From: an uncultured bacterium
GTDB taxonomy: Bacteria; Armatimonadota; Abditibacteriia; Abditibacteriales; Abditibacteriaceae
Assembly: GCA_963843795.1 (NCBI GenBank)
Contig: CAWJLW010000006.1
Location: 2,740,375-2,804,374, forward strand
Length of the DNA: 64,000 nt
Reading direction: 5' to 3'
A model generated the notes under the pieces. That model saw only the letters and a program-made list of their open reading frames with translations. It did not search any database and was not told the origin of the DNA. The translations under genes were made by a program, and so were the position numbers. Shown here piece after piece: positions 39,429-49,402 of this stretch; position 1 is the first letter of the stretch; each line of letters opens with the position of its first letter.

Positions 39429-40487
39429 TTATTCGTTCATCAAGGCCAATTGCGATAAATATCTATCGCCACGGTCGCACAAAATTGTGACGATAACAGC
39501 TTCTTTGCCTTCAGAATCCAATCTATTCGCCAGTTCTAGCGCCGACCAGACGGCAGCGCCCGCAGAAAAGCCGACGAAAATGCCTTCTTCATGCGCCATG
39601 CGCGCCTGCATGTCGTAAGCTTCCTCGGTCGGCACGGGAATTTTGTCGTCGAAAGTTTCGGGATGATAAATGCCGGGTTGAATCGAAGATTCCATGTGTT
39701 TCAAGCCTTCGATTCCGTGCATCGGATTGTCCGGTTCAACCGCAAAAACGCAGACATCGGGGTTCTTTTCTTTCAAAAATCGACCAGTGCCCATCAAAGT
39801 TCCGCTCGTTCCAATAGTAGCCAAAAAGTGCGTGATGCGACCGCGCGTCTGACTCCAAATTTCCGGGCCAGTGCCGTTGTAGTGCGCCAACGAATTGGCT
39901 TCGTTGTTGTATTGGTCGGGCTTAAAAAATTTGTCGGGATTTTCCGCGTAGATTTCACGCGCCAGTTCGATAGCGCCGTCGCTGCCTTTGAGCGGATCAC
40001 TGAGAATCAACTCTGCGCCGTAAGTTTTGACAATGTTTTTACGCTCCACCGACACGTTGCCCGGCATTACCAGTTGCACGCGATAACCGCGCGCTGCGCC
40101 GATCATGGCGTAAGCGATTCCGGTGTTGCCGCTGGTCGAATCCAGAATAATTTTGTCTTTGGTCAAGTTGCCTTCGCGTTCGCCTTTCAACACCATCGAA
40201 AGCGCCGGCCGATCCTTGACGCTGCCGCCGGGATTAAGATACTCGGCTTTGCCATAAACCTCGACGTGTTTCAGGTGGCGCGTTAAGGAGCAGAATTTGA
40301 AAAGCGGTGTGTTGCCGACGTAATCCAAAATCGAAATCGCATCCACGCCTTGTTTGGCCAACGCGGGCGGGCGATGACCGTTGGCAGAGTGCGAAACGAC
40401 TTCAGGCGACAAGCAATCGCGCATCTCGCGAGTTGCGCCGTTGGCATTGCCATTGGTAGCGGGCGATTGGGTAATAAGTTCGTTCAT
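39429..40487 (-). CDS. PLP-dependent cysteine synthase (CysM/CysK family)
   Basis: VGNTP, NPGGSVKDR, TSGNTG, GTSGT and DRGDRYLS motifs. Confidence 0.93.
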   Translation of the reverse strand: MNELITQSPATNGNANGATREMRDCLSPEVVSHSANGHRPPALAKQGVDAISILDYVGNTPLFKFCSLTRHLKHVEVYGKAEYLNPGGSVKDRPALSMVLKGEREGNLTKDKIILDSTSGNTGIAYAMIGAARGYRVQLVMPGNVSVERKNIVKTYGAELILSDPLKGSDGAIELAREIYAENPDKFFKPDQYNNEANSLAHYNGTGPEIWSQTRGRITHFLATIGTSGTLMGTGRFLKEKNPDVCVFAVEPDNPMHGIEGLKHMESSIQPGIYHPETFDDKIPVPTEEAYDMQARMAHEEGIFVGFSAGAAVWSALELANRLDSEGKEAVIVTILCDRGDRYLSQLALMNE

Positions 40488-40586
40488 AATAGAAGCTTGA
40501 GAAATGTGGCTGGGAAACAAATGATGTGGATACACACCAAGGAGCTCGGTTCCCGTTAAACGTTTGCTGAAACCAAACCTTTGGCT

Positions 40587-41042
40587 TCACTCAATGACCA
40601 CAGTTTCTTCCTCGACATCCGAAGGAATGTTGCGCCCGCGAATTTTGAACGACCGCGCTTCGGGCTTCTCGACTTCGCGCAGCGAAACGATAAGATAGGA
40701 AAAATCGGGAAACAACAAATCGTCGGTATCGCCCCAGTGCGCGCGCGCCACATCGGTTTTCGACGGATACGGCACAGTTGCCGGATGCGTGTGATAAATA
40801 CCGATAATTTTCAGGTTTTTCGCCCGCGCATCGCGTTCGGCGTCCATATAGCCTTTGGCGTTGATGGTGTAAGTCAGCGGGCTTTTATCGTCGGATTCAA
40901 TCGGATAGACCGCAAGTACTTGCAGGTCACTTTTGGTATCGGCGTCTTTGTGTCCGGCCAATAAACCGCAAATTTCCAAAGGCTTACCCTCGCGGCCCTG
41001 TGCGACGATGGTTTCAAATTGTTCTTGAGTCAAGGTCAACAT
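40587..41042 (-). CDS. JAB/MPN+ (M67) metallopeptidase, Mec-like
   Basis: E.CGLL and YHTHP....PS..D motifs. Confidence 0.9.
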   Translation of the reverse strand: MLTLTQEQFETIVAQGREGKPLEICGLLAGHKDADTKSDLQVLAVYPIESDDKSPLTYTINAKGYMDAERDARAKNLKIIGIYHTHPATVPYPSKTDVARAHWGDTDDLLFPDFSYLIVSLREVEKPEARSFKIRGRNIPSDVEEETVVIE

Positions 41043-41054
41043 AGATGGAAAATG

Positions 41055-41110
41055 ATTCACCGCGAAGGACGCAAAGGTTTTTAAAGGCCTTCGCATCCTT
41101 CGCGGTGAAT
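41055..41110. repeat. Intergenic hairpin (second repeat family), possible terminator
   Basis: ATTCACCGCGAAGGA...TCCTTCGCGGTGAAT 15-bp perfect arms, extended imperfectly inward. Confidence 0.7.
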
Positions 41111-41117
41111 TTTAAAT

Positions 41118-42044
41118 TCACACGTTTTGCACGCGCATCACGACTTTGCCAAACGCGACTTTATCGCCGATATTAAGTGGTTGCGCTTCGTTATCCGGCA
41201 GCGGTCGATTGTTGATGCGCGATTTATTGGCGCCGCCCAGATGCGTCACGCTAAGCTTGCCATCGTTGAAATTCAAAGTCGCGTGCCGACGATGAACGTA
41301 GCCTTCATCTTGGTCGCTGAGGTCGATGTCAGGATAAATGCCTTCTTCATCATCTTCGCGCCCCACCTGAACTTCGCGGTCGCCCAGCACAAATTGTTTG
41401 CCGACCGTCATGCCCTGCTCGACCACCAATTTCACTTTGCCAGGTTCCAGATTGCTGGCGGGCGCAGCGTCATCGACAACAACCGCTGTCGGGTCGGCAG
41501 CCATGTTGGGCAAGTTGAACGTATCAGCCAATGCGTCAGCGGCATTGACGTTATCAGTAACGGAACTGTCAGGTAATGGCATTCCTGAAGAAGTCGTTGA
41601 GTCTGGTTGAGGCGTCGCGCTCGAGGCTACTACGTCCGAAGAAGTGGCCTGCGTGCCAGTGGCAACTGCGGCAGCATCGGGCGAACCTTGCATCGGCGCA
41701 GCGTTATCGGTTGTAGGAGCGGCATCATTCGTTGGAGCAGCGTCAATGGCCGGAGCAGACGGCGCGACAGGTGTGTCGAACGGCGTGGTGGCAGAGCCGC
41801 CCAACGCGCCGGGATGCAGTTCGGTGCCACATACTTCACAAACCACATTATCAGCGGGGTTGAGATTATCGCACGCTGGACACTTGATCATATTGGCCGG
41901 TGCAGTATCGGCATTATCGACTGACGAAGCAGACGCCGGAGACGACATCGAAGCGGCGCCGGCCGTCGTGAGTTCTTCACCGCAACCTTCGCAAAACTGT
42001 GTGCCATCGACGTTTTCGTAACCGCAACTGGGACATTTAATCAT
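41118..42044 (-). CDS. Double zinc-ribbon plus FHA domain protein
   Basis: Two MIKCP.C...N.....CE.CG.EL ribbons and an FHA domain (GR.D......PDIDLS......VHRRHA). Confidence 0.88.
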   Translation of the reverse strand: MIKCPSCGYENVDGTQFCEGCGEELTTAGAASMSSPASASSVDNADTAPANMIKCPACDNLNPADNVVCEVCGTELHPGALGGSATTPFDTPVAPSAPAIDAAPTNDAAPTTDNAAPMQGSPDAAAVATGTQATSSDVVASSATPQPDSTTSSGMPLPDSSVTDNVNAADALADTFNLPNMAADPTAVVVDDAAPASNLEPGKVKLVVEQGMTVGKQFVLGDREVQVGREDDEEGIYPDIDLSDQDEGYVHRRHATLNFNDGKLSVTHLGGANKSRINNRPLPDNEAQPLNIGDKVAFGKVVMRVQNV

Positions 42045-42093
42045 GAGATTTTCCTTTGTGATTTTTCGCGCGTTTCCCTAAGTTCGGGCTAAT

Positions 42094-43362
42094 TTAACTT
42101 AATCTTTTAGTTTTCTTCGATTCTTCCGAAGAATTGGCCAACACATCCGGGCTAATTGCGCCACCGCTTTGCAGCGTGCTTTCCATATCCTGCAAAATCT
42201 TGGTCGCCGTCGTTTTGCCCAAGCGCTGAGTCATTTTCTTTTTGCGTTCCAAAACGCTGGTCATTTTCTGGCGGTCGCCGCTTTTCACGGCAGCTTCCAA
42301 ATCTTTCTGCAATTTGAAATCGACGGCTTCTTCCATCAGTTTCATCACTTCGCCGTTGCGCTGCGCCAATTCGATGTCATTGTCGGAATAAGTAATCAGC
42401 ACATTAGTATCAACGCGCTGCGTCGCGCCGCCGACTGCTGCACTCGCCGCGACCTGGCACAGTAGCGCGCGGCCCGGATCTTCCTGAGGAGGAGAAGTGA
42501 CGACATCAATCAGATACGCTTGCGGCTGATCGTTTTGCATCGAACCCGTATTGACCGAAAAACCGCCATCGACCACGCGTGGAGGATCGAAAATTTTCTT
42601 GTCCGGCACTACGCGCCAGAATCTGCGCACGCTGCCATTTAAGCGCGAAACTTCGATGTTCACATCACCCAAAACCGTACTTTGAATGCGCCCAAATTCA
42701 TCTTGAAAAGCATCGGCGAGTTCTTGCGGCGAACGCGACATCAGGAATTTGCCCGCGCCCTGATCGGCCAAATCGCGCAGAAAGCCCGCGTCGTAATCGG
42801 CTGCCGAACCCAAACCAATCGTCGAAAGCGAAACGCCGTTATTGGAAAATTCTTCGCCCACGCGCGCCAAGTATTTCGCGAAATCGTTGTCGATGTAACC
42901 TTGCGCGTCGGTCGGTTCGCCATCGGACAGCATAATCACAAACGTCGTGACCTGATCGGAACGATGCGGCGCGACTTCTTGAAAAACGCGATTCAAGCCA
43001 GCCAGCAGTTCGGTCGCGCCTTCAGTGCGCAGCGCACCGACGGCGTTGATGGCGTTGCTTTTGGTGTTGTCGTCGAAAAACGCACTCGGCGCAACCGTGC
43101 GCGCGCCAGAGGAAAACACGCAGACCGCCGCGCGATCTTGCGCTCCCAATTGGCCGAGCAAGAGTTGACAGGCGCGCTTGGCGTTTTCCAGTTTTTCGCC
43201 TTGCATCGAGTTCGAGACATCGAGCAAGATGCCGATGTTGAGCGGCAGCGAACGCAAACCGCGTCCGGGTGAAATTTCGACCATAATTGTTTGCAAAAAA
43301 TCGCCGCGCAGTGGTCGAAATTCTTTGTCCAGCGCCGTTCGTATCGCAATCGCTTCAGCCAT
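42094..43362 (-). CDS. von Willebrand factor A domain protein
   Basis: MIDAS DVSNSM, GAT, LSDGEP and TIGLG motifs. GGAG RBS. Confidence 0.9.
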   Translation of the reverse strand: MAEAIAIRTALDKEFRPLRGDFLQTIMVEISPGRGLRSLPLNIGILLDVSNSMQGEKLENAKRACQLLLGQLGAQDRAAVCVFSSGARTVAPSAFFDDNTKSNAINAVGALRTEGATELLAGLNRVFQEVAPHRSDQVTTFVIMLSDGEPTDAQGYIDNDFAKYLARVGEEFSNNGVSLSTIGLGSAADYDAGFLRDLADQGAGKFLMSRSPQELADAFQDEFGRIQSTVLGDVNIEVSRLNGSVRRFWRVVPDKKIFDPPRVVDGGFSVNTGSMQNDQPQAYLIDVVTSPPQEDPGRALLCQVAASAAVGGATQRVDTNVLITYSDNDIELAQRNGEVMKLMEEAVDFKLQKDLEAAVKSGDRQKMTSVLERKKKMTQRLGKTTATKILQDMESTLQSGGAISPDVLANSSEESKKTKRLS

Positions 43363-43427
43363 GTATTTTCTCCAATTTCCTTCGTTTATCGCGCTGCAAG
43401 TACTTGCAGCACGTTTTGGTTCGACAT

Positions 43428-45218
43428 TCAATCAAAACTTACGCAAATCGCCGTGATGTTATCGGAGCCGCCGCGTTCGTTGGCCGCGTTCACCAAATCG
43501 CGACAAATTTCGTCCGACTGATTTTGATGCAAGAACGGCGCAATTTCCACATCGCGCAACATATCGACTACGCCATCGGAAACCAGCAGCAATTTATCGC
43601 CCGGCAACATCAAACGCGCGAACACATCGCGCGTGCGCAGTTTCGCTTCGCCGATGTGCGCCGTAATAATCGAGCCTTCGGGATGATCCCACGCTTCTTC
43701 TTCGGTAATCGCGCCCGCATCGAGCAAAGTCTGCACATAAGAATGATCTTTGGTGACCCGAATCAGGTTTTCATTACGCCACAAATACGCGCGACTATCG
43801 CCGACATTGCCGACCCAAACCCGACGATTATGACGCAACGCGAAAACCAACGTCGAACCGGGCCGCGAACGTGAACCGCGATATTTCGGGTCTTCGGCCA
43901 GCGCCGCCACACGACGATTGGTTTCATCGATAATGGCAATCAAAGCGTTTTTAATCGCCAGATTATCGTTCCAATCCCATTCGCTTTGCGTTTCAATCAA
44001 TTCGTGCAAGGCGCGCACCGTGAGGTCAGAAGCGATTTCGCCGCCTTCGTGGCCGCCCATTCCATCGGCGACCACATACAATTCCCACTCGTGCTGCGCG
44101 AGATGGCCGGTGCGCGAATTGCGCGCGATTAAGCCCGAATCTTCGTTCAATTCGCGCTGCATTCCCACATCCGATAGTAACGCCGCCCGAGCGCGCAACG
44201 GACGATTCAATTCCAGCGCGTGCAACGCCGCGCACGCCGCATCGAAAGTTTCAAATTCGCCGTTGTTAAGCTTGTGCGCGAAGGCTTTGCTTTCTTCGGT
44301 GAGCGATAAACCGGCGAACTGATCGTCCAAGCGCATGGTGCCGGAATTGGCGAAAACATGCTTGAGCAAAAACTCGTTCACGCCGCTGAGTTGTTCCAGC
44401 GCGGAGGCTTTTTGTGTCGAGAACGGCGCGGCGAAACCGAAGAATTTCAAATCGCCAAATTCGTCCAAACGCAAGTTATCGCGATTGATTTCCAGTCGCA
44501 AACCGTGATGATGCGCCCATTCCAAACCGTGCGCGAGCTGTGCAAGTACTTGCAGGTAACGTTCGTCGTTGGTGGTTTCGCGATAATCTTGCAGCGAAGT
44601 GGTTTCCTGCCAATCCCACAAACAATATTCGCGCTCGTCCTGCTCCCAACTTTCGCCACCGACAAATAACGCGGGCGGCGCGACGATAATTTCTTCAGTG
44701 GGCGCGAGTTCTTCACGCACCACATCAATTTTTTCTCCATCCACTTCTTCTGTATCAACATCCAGCGTTTCAATCGGATCTTTTGCGACTTCTAAGTCTT
44801 CCGCACCTTGGTCGACTTTGTCGTTGTCTTTTGCAATCATCGCATCAAAAACGCCCGCTTCGCTGCCCAGCGCGCCGCTTTCGCTGCCGTGCGCGAATTC
44901 GCTTTCGTCAGTCAAACCGATGCCCGAAACGCTTTCCTCAACACTTTCCTCAACACTTTCTTGGGGTGCAAGTACTTGCAAGTCATTCTGCACGGTTTCT
45001 AGGCGCTCAGCTTCGGGAATTTCAATTGGAATCGCGCGCTCGGCGATGAGCTTTAAATCGGAAACTCCGTAGCCGCCAGCGTCGGCGAGATACAGATTGG
45101 TGTTGCCGCGCGCGATAACTTCTTTAATTTCCAGTTCGCCACGCAAAAACGCGCCCGGCGTCAGGGCGCGCAGTGATTGGGATTCGGCTTGAGCTTCGGG
45201 GACAGAAGAATCGTTCAT
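43428..45218 (-). CDS. PP2C-family Ser/Thr phosphatase with N-terminal degenerate kinase-like region
   Basis: RELNED, VADGMGGHEGGE.AS, GST, NVGDSRAY, SDG and GGSDNIT motifs. Confidence 0.9.
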   Translation of the reverse strand: MNDSSVPEAQAESQSLRALTPGAFLRGELEIKEVIARGNTNLYLADAGGYGVSDLKLIAERAIPIEIPEAERLETVQNDLQVLAPQESVEESVEESVSGIGLTDESEFAHGSESGALGSEAGVFDAMIAKDNDKVDQGAEDLEVAKDPIETLDVDTEEVDGEKIDVVREELAPTEEIIVAPPALFVGGESWEQDEREYCLWDWQETTSLQDYRETTNDERYLQVLAQLAHGLEWAHHHGLRLEINRDNLRLDEFGDLKFFGFAAPFSTQKASALEQLSGVNEFLLKHVFANSGTMRLDDQFAGLSLTEESKAFAHKLNNGEFETFDAACAALHALELNRPLRARAALLSDVGMQRELNEDSGLIARNSRTGHLAQHEWELYVVADGMGGHEGGEIASDLTVRALHELIETQSEWDWNDNLAIKNALIAIIDETNRRVAALAEDPKYRGSRSRPGSTLVFALRHNRRVWVGNVGDSRAYLWRNENLIRVTKDHSYVQTLLDAGAITEEEAWDHPEGSIITAHIGEAKLRTRDVFARLMLPGDKLLLVSDGVVDMLRDVEIAPFLHQNQSDEICRDLVNAANERGGSDNITAICVSFD

Positions 45219-45233
45219 AAATCTGAAATTAAT

Positions 45234-46547
45234 TTAAAAGTTGGCGGCAGGGCGAATCACGAAATTGGAAATCAAATCGGCGAATTCCAAGCGCGCATCG
45301 TTTTGCAAGGGAACTGTGGCACCTGGCGCGACCACAAAGCCATCGACGCGAGTCGGGTTCAAGGTTTGATTCGCAGTTAGATAAAATTTGGTGCCATCGC
45401 GCTTGATTTCAGCGTGTTTGCGACTTACATAGCGTCCGGTATCGAAACGCGACAAATCGATGTCGGGAAAAATGCCGGTGTCGGGATCGGTGCGGCCCAG
45501 TTGCGCGCGCTCTTTCTGCACATAAAGCAGCGTCGGCGGCGCGTTGCGCGACAGCACGCGCAGCATCACGACATGAATCGGCGCGCGACATTTGCCGCAA
45601 AACAGCGCGCGGTCAGTGCGCGGCGTCGCGCCGCAATTCGGACAAAAACACGCCAACAAAGGATGCAAGTTGGTCGCGCGACCGCCGCCGACCGCTTCCA
45701 AAGCCGGATCGTCGCTCACCATGTTCAAATCGCGCAGCGCTTGACCCATTTCGCCCGCGGTTTGAAAGCGCGCTAATGGATCGAGTTGCAGCGATTTCAA
45801 AACAATGCGCTTCAAGCCATCGGGAATACGCGGGTCGAAGCCGCGAAAATCGCGCGGCGTAGCTTTGGGTTCGGGCGATTCGCCGGTCAAAAGTTCGTAT
45901 AAAACCGCGCCAATCGTGAAAACGTCGGCAGAAAACGTGACATCGGCGCGCGTTGAATACAGTTCGGGCGGAGCGTAACCTTCGGTTCCCAAACCCTGCG
46001 TCACTTTGCGACTTTTAGCCGAAAAGCGCGCGGTTCCGAAGTCGATGAGTTTGCAAACTTGTGCGCCTGCGTCCCACATTACGTTTTCGGGTTTTAAATC
46101 GCGATAAATGATTTGGCCGGGCAGCGAATGCACATATTGCAGCGCGTCGCAGATTTCCAAACCGATGGCGACGACCGTTTCGGGCGGAAAAGGCTGATCG
46201 TTGTTTTTCAGCTTCCATTCGTCGAAAACTTGGCGCAGCGACTGGCCTTGCACCAGTTCCATCACAAAAAATAAATCCGGATCGCGTTCGATGAGTTCGA
46301 TGCCGTGAACAATTTTGGGATGGTTGACCATCGACAAAATTTCGGCTTCACGGTGGAACAAACGGCGCTGATATTCGAAATCTTCCGGCGAACCCGAGCC
46401 GGTATCAAATAATTGTTTCACAACAACGAAGCGCCCGTCCTGGTCACGGGCGCGGAACACGGTGCCGTAAGTTCCCTGCCCGATGGTTTCGACCATTTCA
46501 TACGAGCCGTGCTCGCCCTGCAAACTTTCACCCGGTTTGAGCAACAT
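45234..46547 (-). CDS. Hanks-type Ser/Thr kinase with C-terminal zinc ribbon and FHA domain
   Basis: IGQGTYGTV, VVK, YRDLKPEN, DFG and GTEGYAPPE motifs, CPNC...CGKC ribbon, FHA GR.D...VSRKHA. GGAGG RBS before ATG 46547. Confidence 0.93.
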   Translation of the reverse strand: MLLKPGESLQGEHGSYEMVETIGQGTYGTVFRARDQDGRFVVVKQLFDTGSGSPEDFEYQRRLFHREAEILSMVNHPKIVHGIELIERDPDLFFVMELVQGQSLRQVFDEWKLKNNDQPFPPETVVAIGLEICDALQYVHSLPGQIIYRDLKPENVMWDAGAQVCKLIDFGTARFSAKSRKVTQGLGTEGYAPPELYSTRADVTFSADVFTIGAVLYELLTGESPEPKATPRDFRGFDPRIPDGLKRIVLKSLQLDPLARFQTAGEMGQALRDLNMVSDDPALEAVGGGRATNLHPLLACFCPNCGATPRTDRALFCGKCRAPIHVVMLRVLSRNAPPTLLYVQKERAQLGRTDPDTGIFPDIDLSRFDTGRYVSRKHAEIKRDGTKFYLTANQTLNPTRVDGFVVAPGATVPLQNDARLEFADLISNFVIRPAANF

Positions 46548-46590
46548 GAATTCTGCCTCCGACAATTAGTGTAATCAAAAGACGAAAATG

Positions 46591-46632
46591 TGCTCGCAAG
46601 TACTTGCACGCGCGTGCAAGTACTTGCGAGCA
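46591..46632. repeat. 42-bp perfect palindrome containing two copies of the iterated motif
   Basis: TGCTCGCAAGTACTTGCACGC|GCGTGCAAGTACTTGCGAGCA, in the divergent kinase/ispH upstream region. Confidence 0.9.
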
Positions 46633-46859
46633 TCGGTGCCTCACCATTTGTTTGCTCTTTTGGAATGGGCTTCCGGCTTGAGATATATGACTTCATCTTG
46701 ATTCGCATTTCCGAGATAATAACTTAGATCCACAACTAGTCATAAATTCTTCTTTTGTGAAAATGTGATTGATAATGGCAAAGGCAAAAGCGATGCCTAT
46801 GGGAGATACAAGAAATCGCGAGCAACGAAGCCAAAACGGTTTCGTTATAATGGAGCATT

Positions 46860-47819
46860 ATGTCCTTAGAGAAAATTTTGATGGTCGCCCCGCGCGGCTT
46901 TTGCGCCGGTGTCGTGCGCGCCGTCGATATCGTTGAAGAAGCCTTAAAAATTACGCAGCCGGTTTATGTACGCAAAGAAATTGTGCACAATAAATTCGTC
47001 GTCGAAGATTTACATTCGCGCGGCGCGATTTTTGTTTCAGAACTGGAAGAAGTGCCCGATGGCACTCCCGATAATCCCGTAATTTGCGTGTTTTCCGCGC
47101 ACGGTGTTTCGCCTGCGGTGCGCCGCCGCGCCGAAGAAAAGAACCTGTTTGTGCTGGATGCAACCTGTCCTTTAGTGACCAAAGTGCACCTTGAAGCGGT
47201 GCGTTATGCCAAGCAAGGTTACAAAATCGTGCTCATTGGCCATCACGGCCACGAAGAAGTTGAGGGCACAATGGGCGAAGCGCCGCACGCGATGTCGCTG
47301 GTCGATAACCTGACCGAAGTCGAGAAGTTGAACTTTTCGCCAGACGACAAGTTGGTTTACCTGACGCAAACCACGCTTAGTGTCGATGACACGCGCGATA
47401 TTATCTCCGCGCTCAAAACCAAATTCCCGAACATCATCAATCCTGGCAAAGAAGATATTTGTTACGCCACCACCAATCGTCAGGCAGCGGTGAAAGATCT
47501 CGCACCACGTTGTGATTTGATTTTGGTGATCGGTGCGAAAAACAGCTCCAACTCGCAGCGTTTGCGCGAAGTGGCACAAAGCTGTGGCACAACATCTTAT
47601 CTAATCGATGACGAAAGTTCGATTCAGGACAATTGGTTCGATGGCGTGAAAATTGTCGGTATCACAGCGGGCGCATCGGCTCCTGAAATTCTAGTCCAAA
47701 ACGTGATTAGCAACCTGCAAAAACGTGGCGCCGCAGAAATCGAAACCCTAACCACCATTACCGAAGATGTGTTTTTTCCTTTGCCCAAAACTTTGCAACA
47801 ATTGCCTGTCATGGCTTAA
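46860..47819 (+). CDS. ispH: 4-hydroxy-3-methylbut-2-enyl diphosphate reductase
   Basis: PRGFCAGV, IVHN, SAHGV, DATCPLV, QTT, DICYATTNRQ and TAGASAP motifs. Confidence 0.98.
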   Translation: MSLEKILMVAPRGFCAGVVRAVDIVEEALKITQPVYVRKEIVHNKFVVEDLHSRGAIFVSELEEVPDGTPDNPVICVFSAHGVSPAVRRRAEEKNLFVLDATCPLVTKVHLEAVRYAKQGYKIVLIGHHGHEEVEGTMGEAPHAMSLVDNLTEVEKLNFSPDDKLVYLTQTTLSVDDTRDIISALKTKFPNIINPGKEDICYATTNRQAAVKDLAPRCDLILVIGAKNSSNSQRLREVAQSCGTTSYLIDDESSIQDNWFDGVKIVGITAGASAPEILVQNVISNLQKRGAAEIETLTTITEDVFFPLPKTLQQLPVMA

Positions 47820-47826
47820 TTTCCTA

Positions 47827-47868
47827 CACAAAAAACGCCCTGCAAGTACTTGCAGGGCGTTTTTTGTG
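47827..47868. terminator. 42-bp perfect palindrome on the iterated motif, bidirectional terminator
   Basis: CACAAAAAACGCCCTGCAAGT|ACTTGCAGGGCGTTTTTTGTG between convergent genes, with T-tracts on both strands. Confidence 0.85.
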
Positions 47869-47904
47869 CTTGTGTTTTTAACGTTCAAGCGAGGTACGTC
47901 GTTT

Positions 47905-48678
47905 TTACTTGGGCAAGTCTGCGTCCAAGTTGATCCAAGTGCCAGTCGCAGTTGGGTAAGGATGTCCTGCTAAAGGTGCCTGACCCTGACGTGTTTCCTT
48001 ATAGGCTTTAACGTGACCATCGGCATACAGGATGTTGTTCGTGCCGAGATGGCGTCCATCGGCGGTTGAAGCGGCTGGCAAATCGTTGAAGTTATATGTG
48101 GTGCTGGAAGCGCTTTGGTCGGTATGTTCCAACACAGCATAATTGTTCCAGTTGGCAGCACTGACCGTATTAGACGGGCCTTTCTGAATGCGCTCAGTGA
48201 GCAAAACGGTGAGCGAAGGCGCTTGGAGCAAAGCGATGGGACGGTTGCGCGTGTAGTTGGCCATCGAATAGGAACGGGTGACCAGACCAAATGGTGAACC
48301 TAAATCGACACGCGGGGTTTGGCTATCGCTGGGGCAAGTCAAAACTTGCAGACTTTTCGTATACGGCTGGATTTCTAAATCCCATGTCGCAGTGATGTTA
48401 TTGGCACCAACTTTGGCAGCGCCATCACTGCTCAGAGGATAAGTCTCGTCGTAATCTTGCACATACTGCAAAACACCAAGACCAAGCTGCTTAAGGTTCG
48501 ACTGGCAAGATGCACGACGGGCGTTTTCACGGGCACGGGCAAAAACCGGGAACAAAATGGCGGCCAGAATCGCAATAATAGCAATAACAACCAAAAGTTC
48601 GATAAGAGTAAAGCCTTTGTTGGCAAATCCCTTTTTGTGCGACAACTTGATTTTGTCGCGCAGTAAAATGAATGACAT
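47905..48678 (-). CDS. Prepilin-type N-terminal methylation / DUF1559 / H-X9-DG protein
   Basis: [38 protein letters not shown] and [16 protein letters not shown] motifs. Confidence 0.95.
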   Translation of the reverse strand: MSFILLRDKIKLSHKKGFANKGFTLIELLVVIAIIAILAAILFPVFARARENARRASCQSNLKQLGLGVLQYVQDYDETYPLSSDGAAKVGANNITATWDLEIQPYTKSLQVLTCPSDSQTPRVDLGSPFGLVTRSYSMANYTRNRPIALLQAPSLTVLLTERIQKGPSNTVSAANWNNYAVLEHTDQSASSTTYNFNDLPAASTADGRHLGTNNILYADGHVKAYKETRQGQAPLAGHPYPTATGTWINLDADLPK

Positions 48679-48776
48679 AAATTTTCCTTAAAATTAATTC
48701 GCGTATTGAGATGGTTACAATGTCGCCAAACGCCGCATTAAAACCATTCACTGTGATAGTGCTGCTGGTTAGCTGA

Positions 48777-48965
48777 TTAGTTGCCGCGCGTGTCGGCGGG
48801 TGCCATGCCAGCACCGCTGCCACCGGGAACCGTGTTAGCCGAAGCTGCTGGAGCGGTAGCTTCTTCTTCACTGCTACCTCCACAACCAACCAAGCCGCTC
48901 ATGACGGCAAAACCGGCGCAAAGAATCCATACAACATGATGCTTCTGAGACTTCTGCTTTTTCAT
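48777..48965 (-). CDS. Small lipoprotein
   Basis: Basic N-terminus, hydrophobic stretch, LVGC lipobox. AAGGA RBS. Confidence 0.7.
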   Translation of the reverse strand: MKKQKSQKHHVVWILCAGFAVMSGLVGCGGSSEEEATAPAASANTVPGGSGAGMAPADTRGN

Positions 48966-49402
48966 CCAAACAATCCTTTAAAGTAAATTTCTGAACTGAT
49001 GCAAAACTCCATGCTCCAAATTTACAAGATAAAAATGGGGCAAAACTTTATTCAGTTCGACGAGATTCGGGAAAAATCGGCATTAAGTGTAACTGATTTA
49101 ACACCAGTTAAACGATAAATCATTTGAACGTTTTTGAATGGCTCGAAGTTGCGTTTTGTTTTCATGGAGTTCCTTATGAAGAAAACGCGAAATCCGGTTC
49201 GTTGGTTTGCGTTATGGTTTCTGCCTTCGCTTGTCCGATACGAGTAGCGCCCTGGAGATTCAATTTTATTCGTTACAAGCGTCAAAAATCGACCGTCTGT
49301 TGATTTCGCGATAGTCTTGAGAGTTAGGAGCAGAGGTTGAAAAAGGGAACATTCTCGCTCCGCACTTGTCGTAAATCGTCGCCAATTTCAATGAGTGTCA
49401 TT

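Noticed and set aside
48966..49402. ncRNA, riboswitch or tRNA in the larger intergenic regions (also 46633-46859, 53584-53880)
   Set aside because: I recognised no cloverleaf or riboswitch consensus by eye. An Infernal/Rfam scan would be needed.
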